Origin: Octopus sinensis
Taxonomy: Eukaryota
Assembly (NCBI RefSeq): GCF_006345805.1
Contig: NC_043000.1
Coordinates: 30,194,001 to 30,258,000 of the forward strand
Reading direction: 5' to 3'
Length of the DNA stretch: 64,000 nt
Positions within the stretch are counted from its first letter, which is position 1; every line of letters starts with the position of its first letter. Shown in pieces: positions 26,231 through 41,029 of this stretch. A program made the translations under genes and the position numbers. The notes below the pieces were generated by a model that ran no database searches, was not told where the DNA came from, and was given only the letters and a program-made list of their open reading frames with translations.

Positions 26231-26901
26231 TTTTTTCTCCACTCGGTCTAAAAATATGTTTGCTGTAATTTGGTTGGTAGACGTTATCAGTATTATTATT
26301 GTTATGAATTATATCAGTACTAATATTGTTATTATTTATTATATTGGGATTGCAGGGTAGGTTGATGTTGCTGTCTGAGTAAATTGGTTGAAAGTACGTA
26401 GTTCGGGTTTCTCTGTTGGAATAAATTACTGGGGTGCTTAATTATGTTGAGGAGTTGGTTGTGCTGTCTGGGTAAATAGGCTGAGAATCTGTATGTTGAG
26501 TCTCTTCGTTGAGAGATAGAGGAAGTCTTTTAGACGTTTCTAGTTGCTGTGGAGAAAAATTACTCCTAACACTACGTTGGTTTTTTTAGATCTCTAAATG
26601 TATTTCAATTCACGATTACATACCCATCACTGTACATATTTCGCCCAACTACGCTAGCTTTTGAATTTTCTGTATATTTCCGCTCCTCCACTGAAAGATA
26701 AACAATTATCTCCCCTGTCAACAATAATAACGATCACAATTGCCTCCTCTTAGATTTTTCTATTTATTGAATCATACATTCATGAACTCCGCACGTAATT
26801 AATATAATTTTAATGCCATGATTAGTGAAAGCGAAACCAGTCGACAAACAATATAAAATATATTAAAAGTATGAAAGTGTGTGCATTTTATTTCTTAATT
26901 T

Positions 26902-26969
<68 letters not shown>

Positions 26970-28317
26970 CATACATATATATATATATATATGTATACAC
27001 ACACATATATATCGAGTCTAATTGTGTATATCTGCATCGCTACCTTTCTTTCTCTCTCGCTCTTCCTCTCTTTTCCTCACTCTCTCTGTATATATATATA
27101 TTTAAGCAATGTGCCTGATTAGGTAATGATATGTAATTTTAACGCAACTTTAATCCAACTACTCGAAACGGGACAGACGGCAACCGGGTGGATACCCGTC
27201 GGATGGACGGTAAACGTAATTCGAACGGCCAACCTAGCTACTCACTCTGTTAGCCCAAACGTGGTTAAAACTTTTTAGATGTGTGCATGTATGTATAAAT
27301 TACGGTTCAATGAGTAAATAAGTACAGCAATAACACAACTAGAATAGTCATCGTAGAAAGAGACGGAGGATTCATTTAGTTTATATAACTAAGCGCACGC
27401 ATGCTCACCGACATTCACAATCACATTTTCCCACACACACATGCCTACACAAACACACACGCCTACACACAAATACTACAGCGTCGAAAATTCGGGCCGT
27501 TCAGGACAACATGGACGCAAACACACACACACATACACACAAGCATACGCATTCTCTCTTTATCTCACACTCTCTCATAAACACACACACATATATACAC
27601 ATATGTATAGATCTATGAATATGCATGAGTGTATTCGAAGCAAACACACAAGCACACACATTCTCTCTTTATGTCGCAATCTTTCATAAGCGCGCACACA
27701 AACATATATATACACATACGTATAGATATATGAATATAAATGAGCGTATTTTTAAACCTCCGCAGTGCAATCCTGTGTCAAGTCTCACTTATCACCACTA
27801 CTAGAAATGGATAGCTTGAAACAGGCAACTGGTGGACTCTGTGGAATAATGTCTTTTATTGATTCGTAGCACTGGATTCTTCTGACGTTCCAGTAGCTGG
27901 AATATAATCTCATATCGCCATTCTCACCCGAACACATATTTGAACTCATAAAGACAGAGAGGCTACAGATTCTTTAGGTTCTTGAACTAATCTTCAGTTT
28001 CCATAGAAACCGGTCTGCTACGTCGCATCGAATGTCTTGGTCACCATGCTGAATGGAATTCGCAATGAGCCTATATGCATATGCATATGCACATACATAC
28101 ATAGCCACACACACACACATATATATATATGTATGTATGTACGTATGTATGTATGTGTGTGTATGCAGATATATTTTTTTCACCAACATATATACAAATA
28201 TAAATGTATTCGCATATGTTCATATATATGTATACATACATGCATATATATATACATATACACACACATATACATATACGTATAAATACTTATATATATA
28301 TATATGTACATACATAG

Positions 28318-28416
<99 letters not shown>

Positions 28417-28715
28417 GTATGTATATATGTATATATATATATATACATGTAGCAAGTTTGGCGATATGTGTGTCCTCAAATATACAGGGAAAAACCTGGA
28501 AATAGAGAAATATGCTGATAACTACAAGAATGGTTGAGATGTATGATCAAATATATTTACGTATATATATATATATTGTGTGTGTGTGCGGATTGCATCA
28601 TGTATGCATAATTTTTCTCTATATTGTGTAACTAAGTTTCCTTACTTCTACTTTCTTGTATACAAATGTTTCCGTGTGTGCACACAAGGGGCTGGGTGGG
28701 TGTGCGTAGCGCATA

Positions 28716-28758
<43 letters not shown>

Positions 28759-29080
28759 GTGGGTTCATGATTTATCATATCCCTAATTATACAATGCATA
28801 TCTGTTGCTATATCTACAAACACACTTGAAATAAGCCAAAGAGAAACGGAAAAAAGAAGATACTTGCATTAACGCATATGATAAGTATAGCCTCATAAAG
28901 ATTTCAGTAATGATGCTGCGCCCATACATGAGTACACCAATACTTATTTTAAAATGAGGTTGTTTTCCTATCATTTTCTTGATGCAGCACAGCTAAACTA
29001 TTGGGATGCAGACAAACGAATACCTGTAGTCAGATATGGCGGGTGGAACCCAGAGAAACACTCATATTCTAACGCCGACA

Positions 29081-29966
29081 TATAACATGTGAAAGCCAGA
29101 CATTTTGAGACTCTTTTTAGGAGAGACAGTTATAACTACTAGATCATTGTAACTAAAGTGCATCATTACTATAGATTTAATAACCTCACCTGCCAACCTT
29201 TGTTGTTCCACTCGAAGGAGACGGCTGTAACAACTTTGAATACACTCTAACAAACTCCTTGTCACTGCGGAGTAGTTTGCAGAATGCTGTCGGGCCGTCC
29301 GGAGGTTTGCCACGCAATAATGTTTTGTGTTAAGCTGGGCAAAAATATTACTCAAGCATTTGCAATGTTCCAGATTGCTTGGGGATTAACCTTTTCGCTG
29401 GTACAAGAGTTTCAAACGCGGTAGAGAGGATGTGTGTACCGATAATAGGCGTAGGAGGGAAAGTGACGTTAGAATATCAAAACTGGTTGAGAAAATTCGC
29501 AATTCGCTGCATGCAGATCATTTTGCGCCTATAAAGACAATAAGAATACGAGTTGGATTTGGTGTGGCAACTGTACAAAGAATTATTCATGTAGATCTGA
29601 ACATAGGCGAAATGTATGCAAAGTTTTTTCTCAGGGTGTCAGTGAAGAGCGTGCTGGTATCCAAATATCTGACGGAGATGGTCATTACAACTGTTTCTGA
29701 CCCTCCCTACATTCCAAACATTGCTCTCTGTGACTTTTGGTCGGTCCCCAAACTTAAGGAGAAATTTTAGGGGCAGTCGTTTCGAAGAAGAAGATGGTGA
29801 CAATACCCTCGACGCCTTCATTTTGGTGCACTTCTGTGGGGACTTTACAACAAGTGTACTAAAATTAAAGATTCCACTTTGAAGGAGATTAGAGCGTTGT
29901 ACTTGTTTGAAATTAATAAATGACTCTCCACAAAATGTCTAAAACTTCTGAAATGCACATTGTATA
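29081..29966 (+). mobile_element. Internally deleted mariner transposon
   Basis: FCVKLGK and FRWYKSFKRGRE (HTH region), then PPYIPNIALCDFW (YSPDLAPxD-like); degenerate TIRs beginning and ending in TA. Confidence 0.85.
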
Positions 29967-30681
29967 TGAAAACATAGTGCACTTTTCATTATTTGTAAAC
30001 TATGTTACGTAAACTATCACCAGTAGTTAGAAATATTGAAATCAATCAAAGCTTGTGCAAGTCTAACAGAAGAGATAAAAGAATATAGGACTGTAAGTGG
30101 AAAGTCAAAGGCCGCGTCACAAGTTCTACCAGCAAACTGATGCTGAAAGACAAGCGCTATAATTGTCTCCCTTGCAGTAGAAACCTGAAACAAGAATTTG
30201 GGTCACCATATATAACCACTCTTTACGTATTTTATATCGACAAAGATTAGTAAGCCTTAATCAAAGAGCACAGCAGAATGTGTGGAGAAAAGGATAAAAA
30301 TATTAGCTATCGTTAACCGTTATTTCATCAAATTCCTTTTCTTTCTCTTATTTCTTTATATCTTTAAATTCTGTGTGTATTCCAAAGCTTCAGCCGTCCC
30401 ATAATGTATATCTCATCGGTTGTGTCAGATAATTGCAATAAAAATGCTCAGATCAGTGGTATACACAGTTGGTTAGATATTAACTGACGAGATGGTTTTC
30501 AGTCTATATAAAACTGGGGGTTTATCGTCCACACTGACTCAGGATCCTTTCCCAAGGATGGGTAGTCCTACAACACTAATATTTAAATTTATGCTGCCGA
30601 CCACCACTGTAATCTACATGAGGCTGTTGAATTAGGAGCTCCAGTGAAAAGTCATTAGGAGCGCAAATACTACTACTACTA

Positions 30682-30682
<1 letters not shown>

Positions 30683-30740
<58 letters not shown>

Positions 30741-30803
30741 CAATTATATATGTATGTATACATACATACATACTTACATACATACATAAATACATATATA
30801 TAT

Positions 30804-30871
<68 letters not shown>

Positions 30872-30890
30872 ATATATATATACATCTATA
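30683..30890. repeat. (TA)n/(CATA)n compound microsatellite
   Basis: direct reading. Confidence 0.95.
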
Positions 30891-32617
30891 TATTTAGTAA
30901 ATAAATACATTCGATAACAGGTATATCCACCAATATATACATATACATACGCACATATATGCATTTGTATCTAGGTATATATTTGTATGTGCGCTTATTG
31001 TATTGGTCCATCGCAAGTAACTTCACTATCGTTCGTTAAAGATTTGTCTTATATGCGCAGTTGGGATCCATATTAATAAAGCAATTGCACGCTTCGACGG
31101 CGATGCACTCTGCGTGAACATTTTACGACATTTATGCTCCAGGTCTCAGAAGAACTTAAATATTTTGAAGTGGACGAAACTCCCGGTTGTAATCAGTATT
31201 GCCGTCGAGCGCTTAAACGTCATTTTCGACCTCCACTCACGCTGGATAGACATTCATCGTATTGTGCCATGCATTTCTTCCATAAATTCTATTAAACGCT
31301 TTTCATGCCTTTAGGCTAATATTGCAGTTTGTATAATACAGAGGACGCCATTTTTATTGCAACTCAGGTATAATTAAATCAGGAGATTTTCTTTATTAAA
31401 TATTATATATTTCAGAAGGGTAGTGAGGTGTAGTTGATCAGCAGGAAACGTTAATAAGCATTCCTTCAGGCAAGTCCTTTCTGCGATGATGGAAAGGCAT
31501 AAATAAGTAGAACTTTGCATCGACTTTTACATAAGAAATATTATATAAATAGATTAATACATCAGAGGATAACGGAAAAGTAGGAAGACATCGATAAATA
31601 TGAATTGTGGCAAATTGTGTCGGGATGTATAGACATACACAAATATACACTTGTCGACAAACATATATAGCTACACATATAGCCACAGATACATATACAG
31701 GTACATACATATATGATTTGCTCATTTCTAGTTAATTGATAAGGAGCGAGGTTATGTACTCACGGATTTTGCAGGTCTCCGTGATCGATGCGATTGATTT
31801 CATTAACATTCGACTGAAAGTGTTTCATGTCTACAACATAAGTGAAGACATATTTTAGGAGAGAATTTGAGATATTTTGGGAAGAAATGACAGAGGAAGT
31901 AGAAGCAGTACGAGCGGTGAGATGTAACTGCTAGAGCGAAGGACGCATGAGATGAGATAGTTTCGAAGAAGAGGCTATTTTAGTAGAATTGATAAAGAGA
32001 ACAGACATATTATCTTTCGCTTCGAATTCTAGCGCGAGTGATTACACACCGCCACAAACATCTTCAGAAATAACGTGTTTTGTGTGAAAATGCCACTATG
32101 TGCTGACGTTTCTGAGAACGTAATAGTATGTTTAAGGTAACGGGTTATTCAAATGATTAAATTTAGGAAGCAGCGTGACAATAAATAAGCAGCGAAACCG
32201 AAATGCCAAGAATTAGTAGCACTTATGATTGGGTTTCTAAAAATCATTTTGTAAATATTTCTTATATTTAATGACCAAAATTTTGGCAAACCTATGAAAT
32301 CATCTTTTACTGAAAATTCGGATTCTGTTGTGTTTGAAAACAAAAATTATTTTCGTATTAGTATACTGCTCTCTGCCTTCTTCGTTCTCATCAATCTGCA
32401 AAGTAAAACATTGATATACAATTCTCGAAGAATAAATTTGTATTGATGATGATGGTGATGATAACAACAAAAATAGCAATGACCCCACTTCCATCTGCAC
32501 AAAAGCACCACCACCAATCATAATAATAATAATAATAATGATAATAATAATAATGATGATGATGATGATGATGATGACGACGACGACGACAACGACGACG
32601 GCGACGATGATGATATT

Positions 32618-32978
32618 GTGATCACAATATAGCGGCGAAAGAATTTGGCAAGATCAGTAAATATAAAGTCTTGCTAATAGAAACTGAAAAAATCTGGCAT
32701 CTAAAGGCGACTACAGTACCAGTGATTGTAGGATCTCTAGGAATGATAAAAAAAAAGTACTGAAACCTACTTGAAATGATACCAGGCTTACCATCCCTAC
32801 AGGAAGTGCAAAAAATCGTATTAACTGGAACGACTCATTTACTGAGAAGAGCATTATTGCTGTGAAAACAACATCCATTCATGAATTTATTAATTTTTTA
32901 AATACCATATTTTACCTGTAAATTTGCGTGTGTAATCTAGAAATGTATACGATGAGCTTCTCTGCCCTAGATGTACGG
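32618..32978 (+). mobile_element. Further R4/Dong-like family, extreme 3' fragment
   Basis: KISKYK..WHLKATTVPVIVGSLGMI..EVQKIVLTGTTHLLRR; preceded by a (TAA)/(TGA)/(CGA) tract. Confidence 0.85.
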
Positions 32979-32979
32979 A

Positions 32980-33888
32980 AAAGTCGATCTCGGTGGAACT
33001 TGAACTCAGAACATAGCGGCAGAACCGCTAAGCATTTTGCTCGCCGTGCTAACCATTCTGCCAGCTCGCCGCCTTAGTAATAATAATAATGTTAATAATA
33101 TAGGTTTCAAATTTTGGCACGAGGGTAGGAGGTTCGGGGAGGGGGTAAGTAAATTACAATGAACTCAGTGCTCAAATCATGCTTATTTTATTGAACTCCG
33201 AAGAAGGAATGACAAAGTCGACTTTGGCGGAATTCGAACTCAAAATATAATGACGAACGAAATGCCACTTAGCCTTTCGCTAGACGTGCTGACGATACTG
33301 CCAGTTCAGTAATGATAATAAAAAAGTAATAAGGGCATACATTTTGGAGGAGGAGATGTGTCGATTATATCGACCGCAATGTTCCACTGGTACTGAATTT
33401 ATCGACCCCGAAACGATGAAAGGCAAATTTGAACTCAGAACGTAAAGACGGCCAAAAGGTCACTAAGCATTTTGCCCGGAATGCTAACGATTCTATTCCA
33501 CTCTGGGCGCAAGGCTCGACATTTTGGGGGAGAGGCAGTTGATTAGATCGACCCCAGTACGCAGCTGCTATTTAATTTATCGACCCCGAAAGGATGAAAG
33601 GCAAAGTCAACCTCAACAGAATTTGAACTCAGAGCACAAAGACAGTCGAAATACCTATGTCTTTACTACCCAAAAGGGGCTAAACACAGAGAAAACAAAC
33701 ACGGACAGACAGACGGATTAAGTCGATTATATCGACCCTAGTGCGTAACTGGTACTTGTTTAATCAATTCCGAAATGATAAAAGACAAAGTCGACCACGG
33801 CGGAATTTGAACTCACAACGTAATGCCAGACGAAATACGGCTACGCATTTCGCCCGGCGTGGTAACGCTTCTGCCAGCTCGCCGCCTT
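32980..33888 (-). mobile_element. Run of reverse group A SINEs (three partial monomers plus a dimer at about 33495-33888)
   Basis: repeated tttgaactcagaa, ctgccagctcgccgcctt. Confidence 0.85.
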
Positions 33889-33902
33889 TATAACAAAATG
33901 TT

Positions 33903-34692
33903 CATCTGTCTTTTCGTTCTGAGTTCAAATTCCGTCGAGGCGGACTTTGCATTTCATCCTTTCGGGGTCGATTAAATAAGTACCAGCTTCGTACTCGGGT
34001 CGATCTAATCGAATAGCACCCTCCCCTCAAAATTTTCTGGCCTTGTGCCTAGAATAGAAAAGAATAGGATAGTATTAGGCGGTGAACTGGCAGAAACGTT
34101 ATCACACTGGGCGAAATGCGTAGCCGTATTTCGTCTGCCGCTACGTTCTGAGTTCAAATTCCGAGGTCAACTTTGCTATTCATCCTTTTGGGGTCGATTA
34201 AATAAGTACCAGTTACGTACTGATGTAGATATAATCGGCTTAATCCATTTGTCTGTCCTTGTTTGTCCCCTCTGTGTTTAGCCCCTTGTGGGTACTAAAG
34301 AAATAGGTATTTCGTCTGCCGCTACGTTCTGAGTTCAAATTCCGCCGAGGTCGACTTTGCCTTTCATCCTTTTGGGGTCGATTAAATAAGTACCACTTAT
34401 GCACTGGGGTCGATATAGTCGACTTAATCCGTTTGTCTGTCCTTCTTTGTCCTCTCTGTTTGTAGCCCCTTGTGGGCAGTAAAGAAATAAGAAACTTTAG
34501 CACGCCGGGCGAAATGTTTAGCGTTATTTCGTCTGTCTTTACGTTCTGAGTTCAAATTCCGCCGAGGTCGACTTTGCCTTTCATCCTTTCGGGTTCGATA
34601 GATTAAGTACCAGTTGCGTACTGGGATTGATCTAATCGACTAGCATCCTCCCCTCAATAATGTCGGGCCTTGTGCCTCGAGTAGAAAAGAAT
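33903..34692 (+). mobile_element. Run of forward group A SINEs, including a three-body multimer (34077-34692)
   Basis: body gttctgagttcaaattcc occurs four times. Confidence 0.88.
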
Positions 34693-35297
34693 GAATGTAA
34701 AACAAGTGCAATAATTCTTATTTGCAGTTCAGTGCTTTCGGCGAGGTTATTCTAGTAAATCTAAATGTTTCCTATAATAAATCATTGACAAAAATTATTT
34801 CTTTATCATTCTTAATTATCAGGAATCTTATAAAGAACAATATAAAGATTGTTTACAGATGTTTTGAAAATATTGCCCTTTATCAATTTTATTTTCAATA
34901 CAAGTGACTCCAGTGAAGATATATCAAACAAATATTTAAATTTTAATTGCAATAATGTCAAGTTTGTTCGCATTAATGGCAAATACCTCACAAACGGGCA
35001 ATATTATGATGCTAAAACATCGACAAACTATTTCAAAACATTTGTATTGTACTAACAGACACGCAAGTGTATGATTGATATGCAATTCTTCAAAATAAAA
35101 TATAAATAAATAAAAATTAAAAAATTAAAAAAAGGTTCCCCCATTTGCTAAACTACATATGCACTGTTTTCTCTCTGTTTATTTTCTGCCAATGTTACAG
35201 TGATCCTCGTTCCTATAGTTGTAGAATCTCTAATTCCACTTATGATATCACTATTCATGGTCTTTCCTCCCTAAGTCATCTCTATTGTTTCTCCGTA

Positions 35298-35705
35298 AGG
35301 CGGCGAGCTGGCAGAAACGTTAGCGCGCCGGGCGAAATGCTTAGCGGTATTTCATCTGCCGTTTCGTTCTGAGTTCAAATTACGCCAAGGTCGACTTTGC
35401 CTTTCATCCATTCGGGGTCGATTAAATAAGTACCAGTTACGCACTGGGTTCGATGTAATCCACTTAATCTGTTTGTCTGTCCTTGTTTGTCCCCTCTGTG
35501 TTTAGCCCCTTGTGGGTAGTAAAGAAATAGGTATTTCGTCTGCCGTTATGTTCTGAGTTCAAATTCCGCCGTGGTCGACTTTGTCTTTTATCCTTTCGGG
35601 GCCGATAAATAAAGTACCACACTGGGGTCGATGTAATCAACTTAATTCCTTTGTTTGTCCTTGTTTGTCCCCTCTATGTTTAGCCCCTTGTGAGTAGTAA
35701 AGAAA
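35298..35705 (+). mobile_element. SINE group A dimer (body-tail x2)
   Basis: direct match to consensus. Confidence 0.88.
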
Positions 35706-36555
35706 TATATATTGTTTCTCCATTCCCCCTCAAGCATTGCACTAACATTCCTGTAACAAATCTTTCAGCACGATCTAGCGTATATCTCTTCTCCAATTTT
35801 CACGCCACACATACTTTTCCTGTAGCCTTCAATTTGAAATTTCTAGGGACAACGTTACAAAGTTTTCGTTTATTTTGCCGATCCGGGATGCCCAGTGATG
35901 GCAAGTACCACAGGCCCTTACTTCGAAACATTAATATACAGAAAGAAATATCGATCCTTCAGATCCAGACATGCAATAAATTGCAGCTTTCTATTCTGAT
36001 ATGTATATAAACTGAAAGATATTGGAGTAAACATAACTTAGTCCATAATGAAGTCGGTGATGCTATCCTCTAAACTATGAAGAGGCGAGAAGAATCGTTT
36101 CAGTGTAGACATAGGAATGTATATGTGTTTACTCATTTCTTTCAGTTTCAAACTTGGTCAACACAGCACCACTCCTACTGAGCTGCGGTAATATCCAAAC
36201 AAATCATTGCAGTAATATCAAAGCAAATAATGTCTACTTCTATCCTGTATGAAAGATGATCAACAATGCAAACGCAATCTCCAGAGATGGCCATCCTACT
36301 GCGAACAAACTGAATATCTTGGAATATGCAAATAGCTGCCCTGCAAGCTATATGACAGCCGACAGTAACCGCAACGACATTTGAGTCGATTTGACCAATG
36401 GATTATATAACATGCTGTGATTTTGCTTCACAAAACAAGCCAATTATCTCATCTGTTTGACACCAGAGAGAAAACGTAAAGTGGAGACAGAGTAAGGCAT
36501 CAGCATCAAGATAATGTATTATATGTAAAATATATAATACATATAATATATAATA

Positions 36556-36743
36556 GGCACAGGCGTGGCTGTGTGGTAAGTATTTTGCTTACGAACCTCA
36601 TGGTCCCGGGCTCATTCCCACTGCGTGGCACCTTGGGCAAGTGTCATCTACTATGGCCTCGGGCCGACCAAAGCCCTGTGAGTGGATTTGGTAGAAACTG
36701 AAAGAAGCCCGTCGTATATATATATATATATAATATATATATA

Positions 36744-36787
<44 letters not shown>

Positions 36788-37005
36788 TGTGTCTGTGTTT
36801 GTCCCCCTCAACATCGCTTGACTACCGATTCTGGTGTGTTTACGTCCCCGTCACTTAACGGTTCGGCAAAAGTGTTCGATAGAATAAGTACTAGGCTTAC
36901 AAAGAATAAGTCCTGGGGTCGATCTGCTCGACTAAAGGCGGTGCTCCAGCATGGCCGCAGTCAAATGACTGAAACAAGTAAAAGAGTAAAACAGTAAAGA
37001 GTAAA
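36556..37005 (+). mobile_element. SINE group B, full length (tRNA head, CORE-like ccttgggcaagt segment, internal microsatellite, CR1-like tail)
   Basis: A-box tggctgtgtgg; many copies in the window; ends in gtaaaaga repeats. Confidence 0.92.
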
Positions 37006-38108
37006 ATGCTTTGAAAAAAGAAAAACAGAAAGTGGAAAGAAAGGAAGGAAGAAGAAAGAAAAAGTGCAGAGTGATTATTGATAGATCGATAGAAAGACGG
37101 ACAGACAGAAATATATAGAGAGATATATATTTAGCCAGCGACAGAAGATGTATAGATTGATGGGCTTATCAACAGACTGAGTAGATACATGTCTTCGATA
37201 TGCAATTGGGGTCTTCTAACTCTGTTTTAAATTTGAGTGGGCACGATACGTATGCATTAAATGTGTCTGTACGTATTTATTAGGATTATTATTGTTGTAA
37301 GATCTATCAATTAAACCACAACGTTGATAGAATCTGCAGTTTAAGAATGATTTATCTTATATAGTCATGAACATCTTTTCTAAAGAAGTCCCCTAAATTT
37401 ATAACCAGATTCTTTGAATTTCGAAATTTAGTGCAAAGCCGTAGTTTCCAGTAAACGTCGTATGCAACTGCTTTATTTCTTTAAAAAACAATCTTTTAAC
37501 TCTTGACATCGTTATGATATACGACATGTGGTTTAGGTTTGCTAAATCAGACAAATTAATCTGTAGATGGTTTAAACGTAGGAAACTTTCTAAATTATAT
37601 CCACCTAAGATTTTAATCCCAACTAAAGGGATTTTATTTTTACAATTTCGCCAAATTTCGTCTTCCTTATTGCATTAAAAGGTAACAGATATTTATGGCC
37701 ATACAATGTAATAACGAACGAAACAAAGCAATCGTTTGCTAAATACAAGAAAATAGGCAATATTCATACTGTGAGTAAAGTAGATTTCAAATTCCATTTT
37801 GCGATTGGAAAAATTCCCATAAAACATCCATTAATATTTTGTTTTATTTTTATATTTATTCATGTATTTACTTTATTTATTTGTGTATGGCTCACTAACA
37901 GCAAGAAGTGTAGCAACCATGGCTACTCTGTAGATTTAGAGGATACAGTGGCTTCTAAATGGTATCCGATCGTTACATTGAATTACACACACACGCACAA
38001 AGCGCAAGTACACACAGTCTCGCGAGCGTGTGCGCACAGACACACGAGCACACAAACGCACACACACACTTATGAGCACGCACACACACACATTTATATC
38101 TAAACATC

Positions 38109-38502
38109 TGCAAGGCTGTATGGTAAGAAGCTTGCTTCGCAACCACATGGTTCCGGGTTCAGTCCCACTGCGTGGCATCCAGGGCAAGTGTTTTCTTCTA
38201 TAGCCTCGAGCTGATCAAAGCCTTGCGAGTGGATTTGGTAGACGGAAACTGAAAGAAGCCCATCCTATGTCTTGTATATATGTGTGTGTGTCTGTGTGTT
38301 TCTGTATGTAAATACATCGTGTGTGTCTGTGTCTATGTGTGCCCTCCACCGCTACCGCTTGACAACAAGTGTTGGGGGTTTACGACCCGTAACTTAGAGG
38401 TCCAGCAAAAGAGATCGATATAGCAAGAGCTAGCCTTAAAAACCAAGCCCTGAGGTCGATTTTCTTGATTAAATCCAGGTGAATGACTGTAACAAGTAAA
38501 AA
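38109..38502 (+). mobile_element. SINE group B
   Basis: match to 36556-37005. Confidence 0.85.
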
Positions 38503-38909
38503 ATAATAGACAAAGATATATATATATTCTTTTATTCTTTTATTTGTTTCAGTCATTTGACTGTGGCCATGCTTCTATCCCATTATTAATTTACTGATAA
38601 TGATAATTAATTATTTATTAATTTAAAAGGGCTCCGAAATAACAATGCTTAAAAATCTCTCGTTTCAAATTTTCTGTATATATAATTTTTTTCTTTTGTT
38701 AGCATGTTTATTGACAAAAGTATTATAAAACTGGAAATTTTCAGAAGACTCAAAAAGTGGAAATAATAATTTTTGTTGTGAGTAGCAATACCAAATATTC
38801 CCATACAGTTGTCACTCGGGCTGGAGACATAACAATTTCCCACCAACCAAGTTTGGAATGATACCAACGATGATACACACACACATACACACACACATAT
38901 AGATATATA

Positions 38910-38950
<41 letters not shown>

Positions 38951-39224
38951 GATGGAGCTCGCACGTATGTTCAGTACTATTAAGCTACATAATTATGCAT
39001 TCTTTTTAGCGATACCACTAATGAACTACGGATGGCATATTAATTATTTCCTCATTAATAGAGATTAAATAATAATTGTTTTTGTTTCTATTCATTCTAG
39101 CGGCGTTATTGGCGTACCTTTAGAATTATTTTGGGAGGAATATGTTTACCTGTCCTTTTTAACATCGAAGAAGTCCTGTCATGGGACTTCTCTGTGTATA
39201 AATCTTTATACACTCTTAAATATA

Positions 39225-39268
<44 letters not shown>

Positions 39269-39433
39269 AGGGACATTAGCCATTTGAATGTGGCTAGGGA
39301 CAGGGCAGGGCGGTGGGGGTGTTACTGATGCATTTAGCCCCAGGCGATCATCAACTCAGCAGGGAGATGATGTGCCGACTGCATGCCCCGAAGTTGTGCC
39401 ACCCACGGTGGAAGAAACCACCCCCACCCTTAA

Positions 39434-39742
39434 AGATTATCAATTGATTATCTTTTTCTACAAGGGCGGGGAGGTGGAAAAGTAGTAGAAGAACATAAAG
39501 AAACAGTAGATATGCCCTTCACACGGGATCCCGAATGGCCTCCGCAGATAGCTGTGGAGGTCATAAGGTTTCCCTTGTGGGAAAGGCTTAAAGGATTTGG
39601 GGAGGAGTGTCGCATATGGCCGGGTGGCCCTTACACGACTTACATGTCCTACATGCGTGAGGCATGGGAAATGGCGGGATACAGGAACTCAAGCGGCATT
39701 GAAGATAATGATGAATATATCGATGGATATATCGAAGAGTAG
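39434..39742 (+). other. Unassigned open frame (76 aa from ATG 39512) in a relatively GC-rich island
   Basis: non-repetitive protein-like composition; no family recognised. Confidence 0.3.
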
Positions 39743-40067
39743 GAGGTGAAAGACCCTCGTTACAGAGTTTGAAACCTCACCTTATTGGACTATTTTGTAG
39801 TGGTTTATAACTTCAATTTTGTGTTTTAAGAAAGAAAAAAGAAAATATGTTAAATAAGAGGTTTTAGTGCCTCCTCCTTGTAAAAGGTTTGAAACCTTAT
39901 ATTGATTTTAAAAAAATAAAAGAAAATATGTTTTCGAGAAAAATCCAATCGGCGGGTGTTGGGTTTCGTCTCTCATCTATTCATTATATTTCATTTTCAT
40001 TCATGAATGTATTTGTCCAGCCCGCAAAGCTCTTTGTACTGTCTATATGACAAATTTATGAAATATA

Positions 40068-40233
40068 GTAGCTTGCTTCCCAACCACATGGTTCTGGGTT
40101 CAGTCCCACTGCATAGCACTTTGGGCAAGTGTCTTCTACTATAGCCTCATGCCTACCAAAGCCTTGTGAGTGGATTTGGTAGACGGAATCTGAAAGAAGC
40201 ACGTCGTATATTTGTATATATATATATATATAT

Positions 40234-40289
<56 letters not shown>

Positions 40290-40495
40290 TGTGTGTTTGT
40301 GTGTCTGTGTTTGTCCCCTCAACGTCGCTTGACAACCGATGGTGGTGTATTTACGTCAAAAGAGACCGCTAGAATAAGTACTGGGCTTACAAAGAATAAC
40401 TCGTGGGGTCGATTTGCTCGACTAAAGGTGGGGCTTCAGCATGGCCGCAGTCAATTGATTGAAACAAGTACAAGAGATAAAAGTGTAAAAGAGAA
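40068..40495 (+). mobile_element. SINE group B
   Basis: match to consensus. Confidence 0.9.
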
Positions 40496-41029
40496 TATGA
40501 AAGCCCCTTGTTTGCTGGAGGCCCGCTAGGTCAGAAGCGCAGCTTATGCTGCCTATCGAGGTAGAAACATGTCTCCATAGTCGTCATCTCGTCAGCAGAT
40601 CCTTCATTTTGTACGCAGATAAACTGTCAGTTCCAGGGCTGAATGAGAAATTTCCTTTCCACTGAGTTCTTCTTCCTGGTGATTATCTGCCCACTTTATA
40701 TTGAATTGTCACAAAATGCCACCAGGAGATAATTTTACTATTTCTGAAAACAAAGTTTCTTACAATATATCAAGAACGTATCTGATATATTATCTAGTAC
40801 AGTTTTATTTCTGTCTTATATTCAAATTCGTGCTAAAGGCCATTCTTTTATCGTATTTTCGTGTATGTGCGTACGCGAGCGCGGTGTGTGCGTTGTGTTT
40901 ATGGTGTATATGTTTGGAGTGAAGAGGAGAAATATATTGAAACATGATGCACCAAGACACCTAGAAAGATCATAGCAAAGCGAGGCAGAGAGAAAACTAC
41001 TGTATTTCTGTTTGTGTGTGACTATGTGC

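Noticed and set aside
32000-32075. Minus-strand CTGAAGA..GAAA motif
   Set aside because: Stems I and III do not pair.
33903-35705. Regularly recurring repeats resembling a CRISPR array
   Set aside because: The intervening sequences are also repeated, the context is eukaryotic and no cas genes are present; these are SINE multimers.
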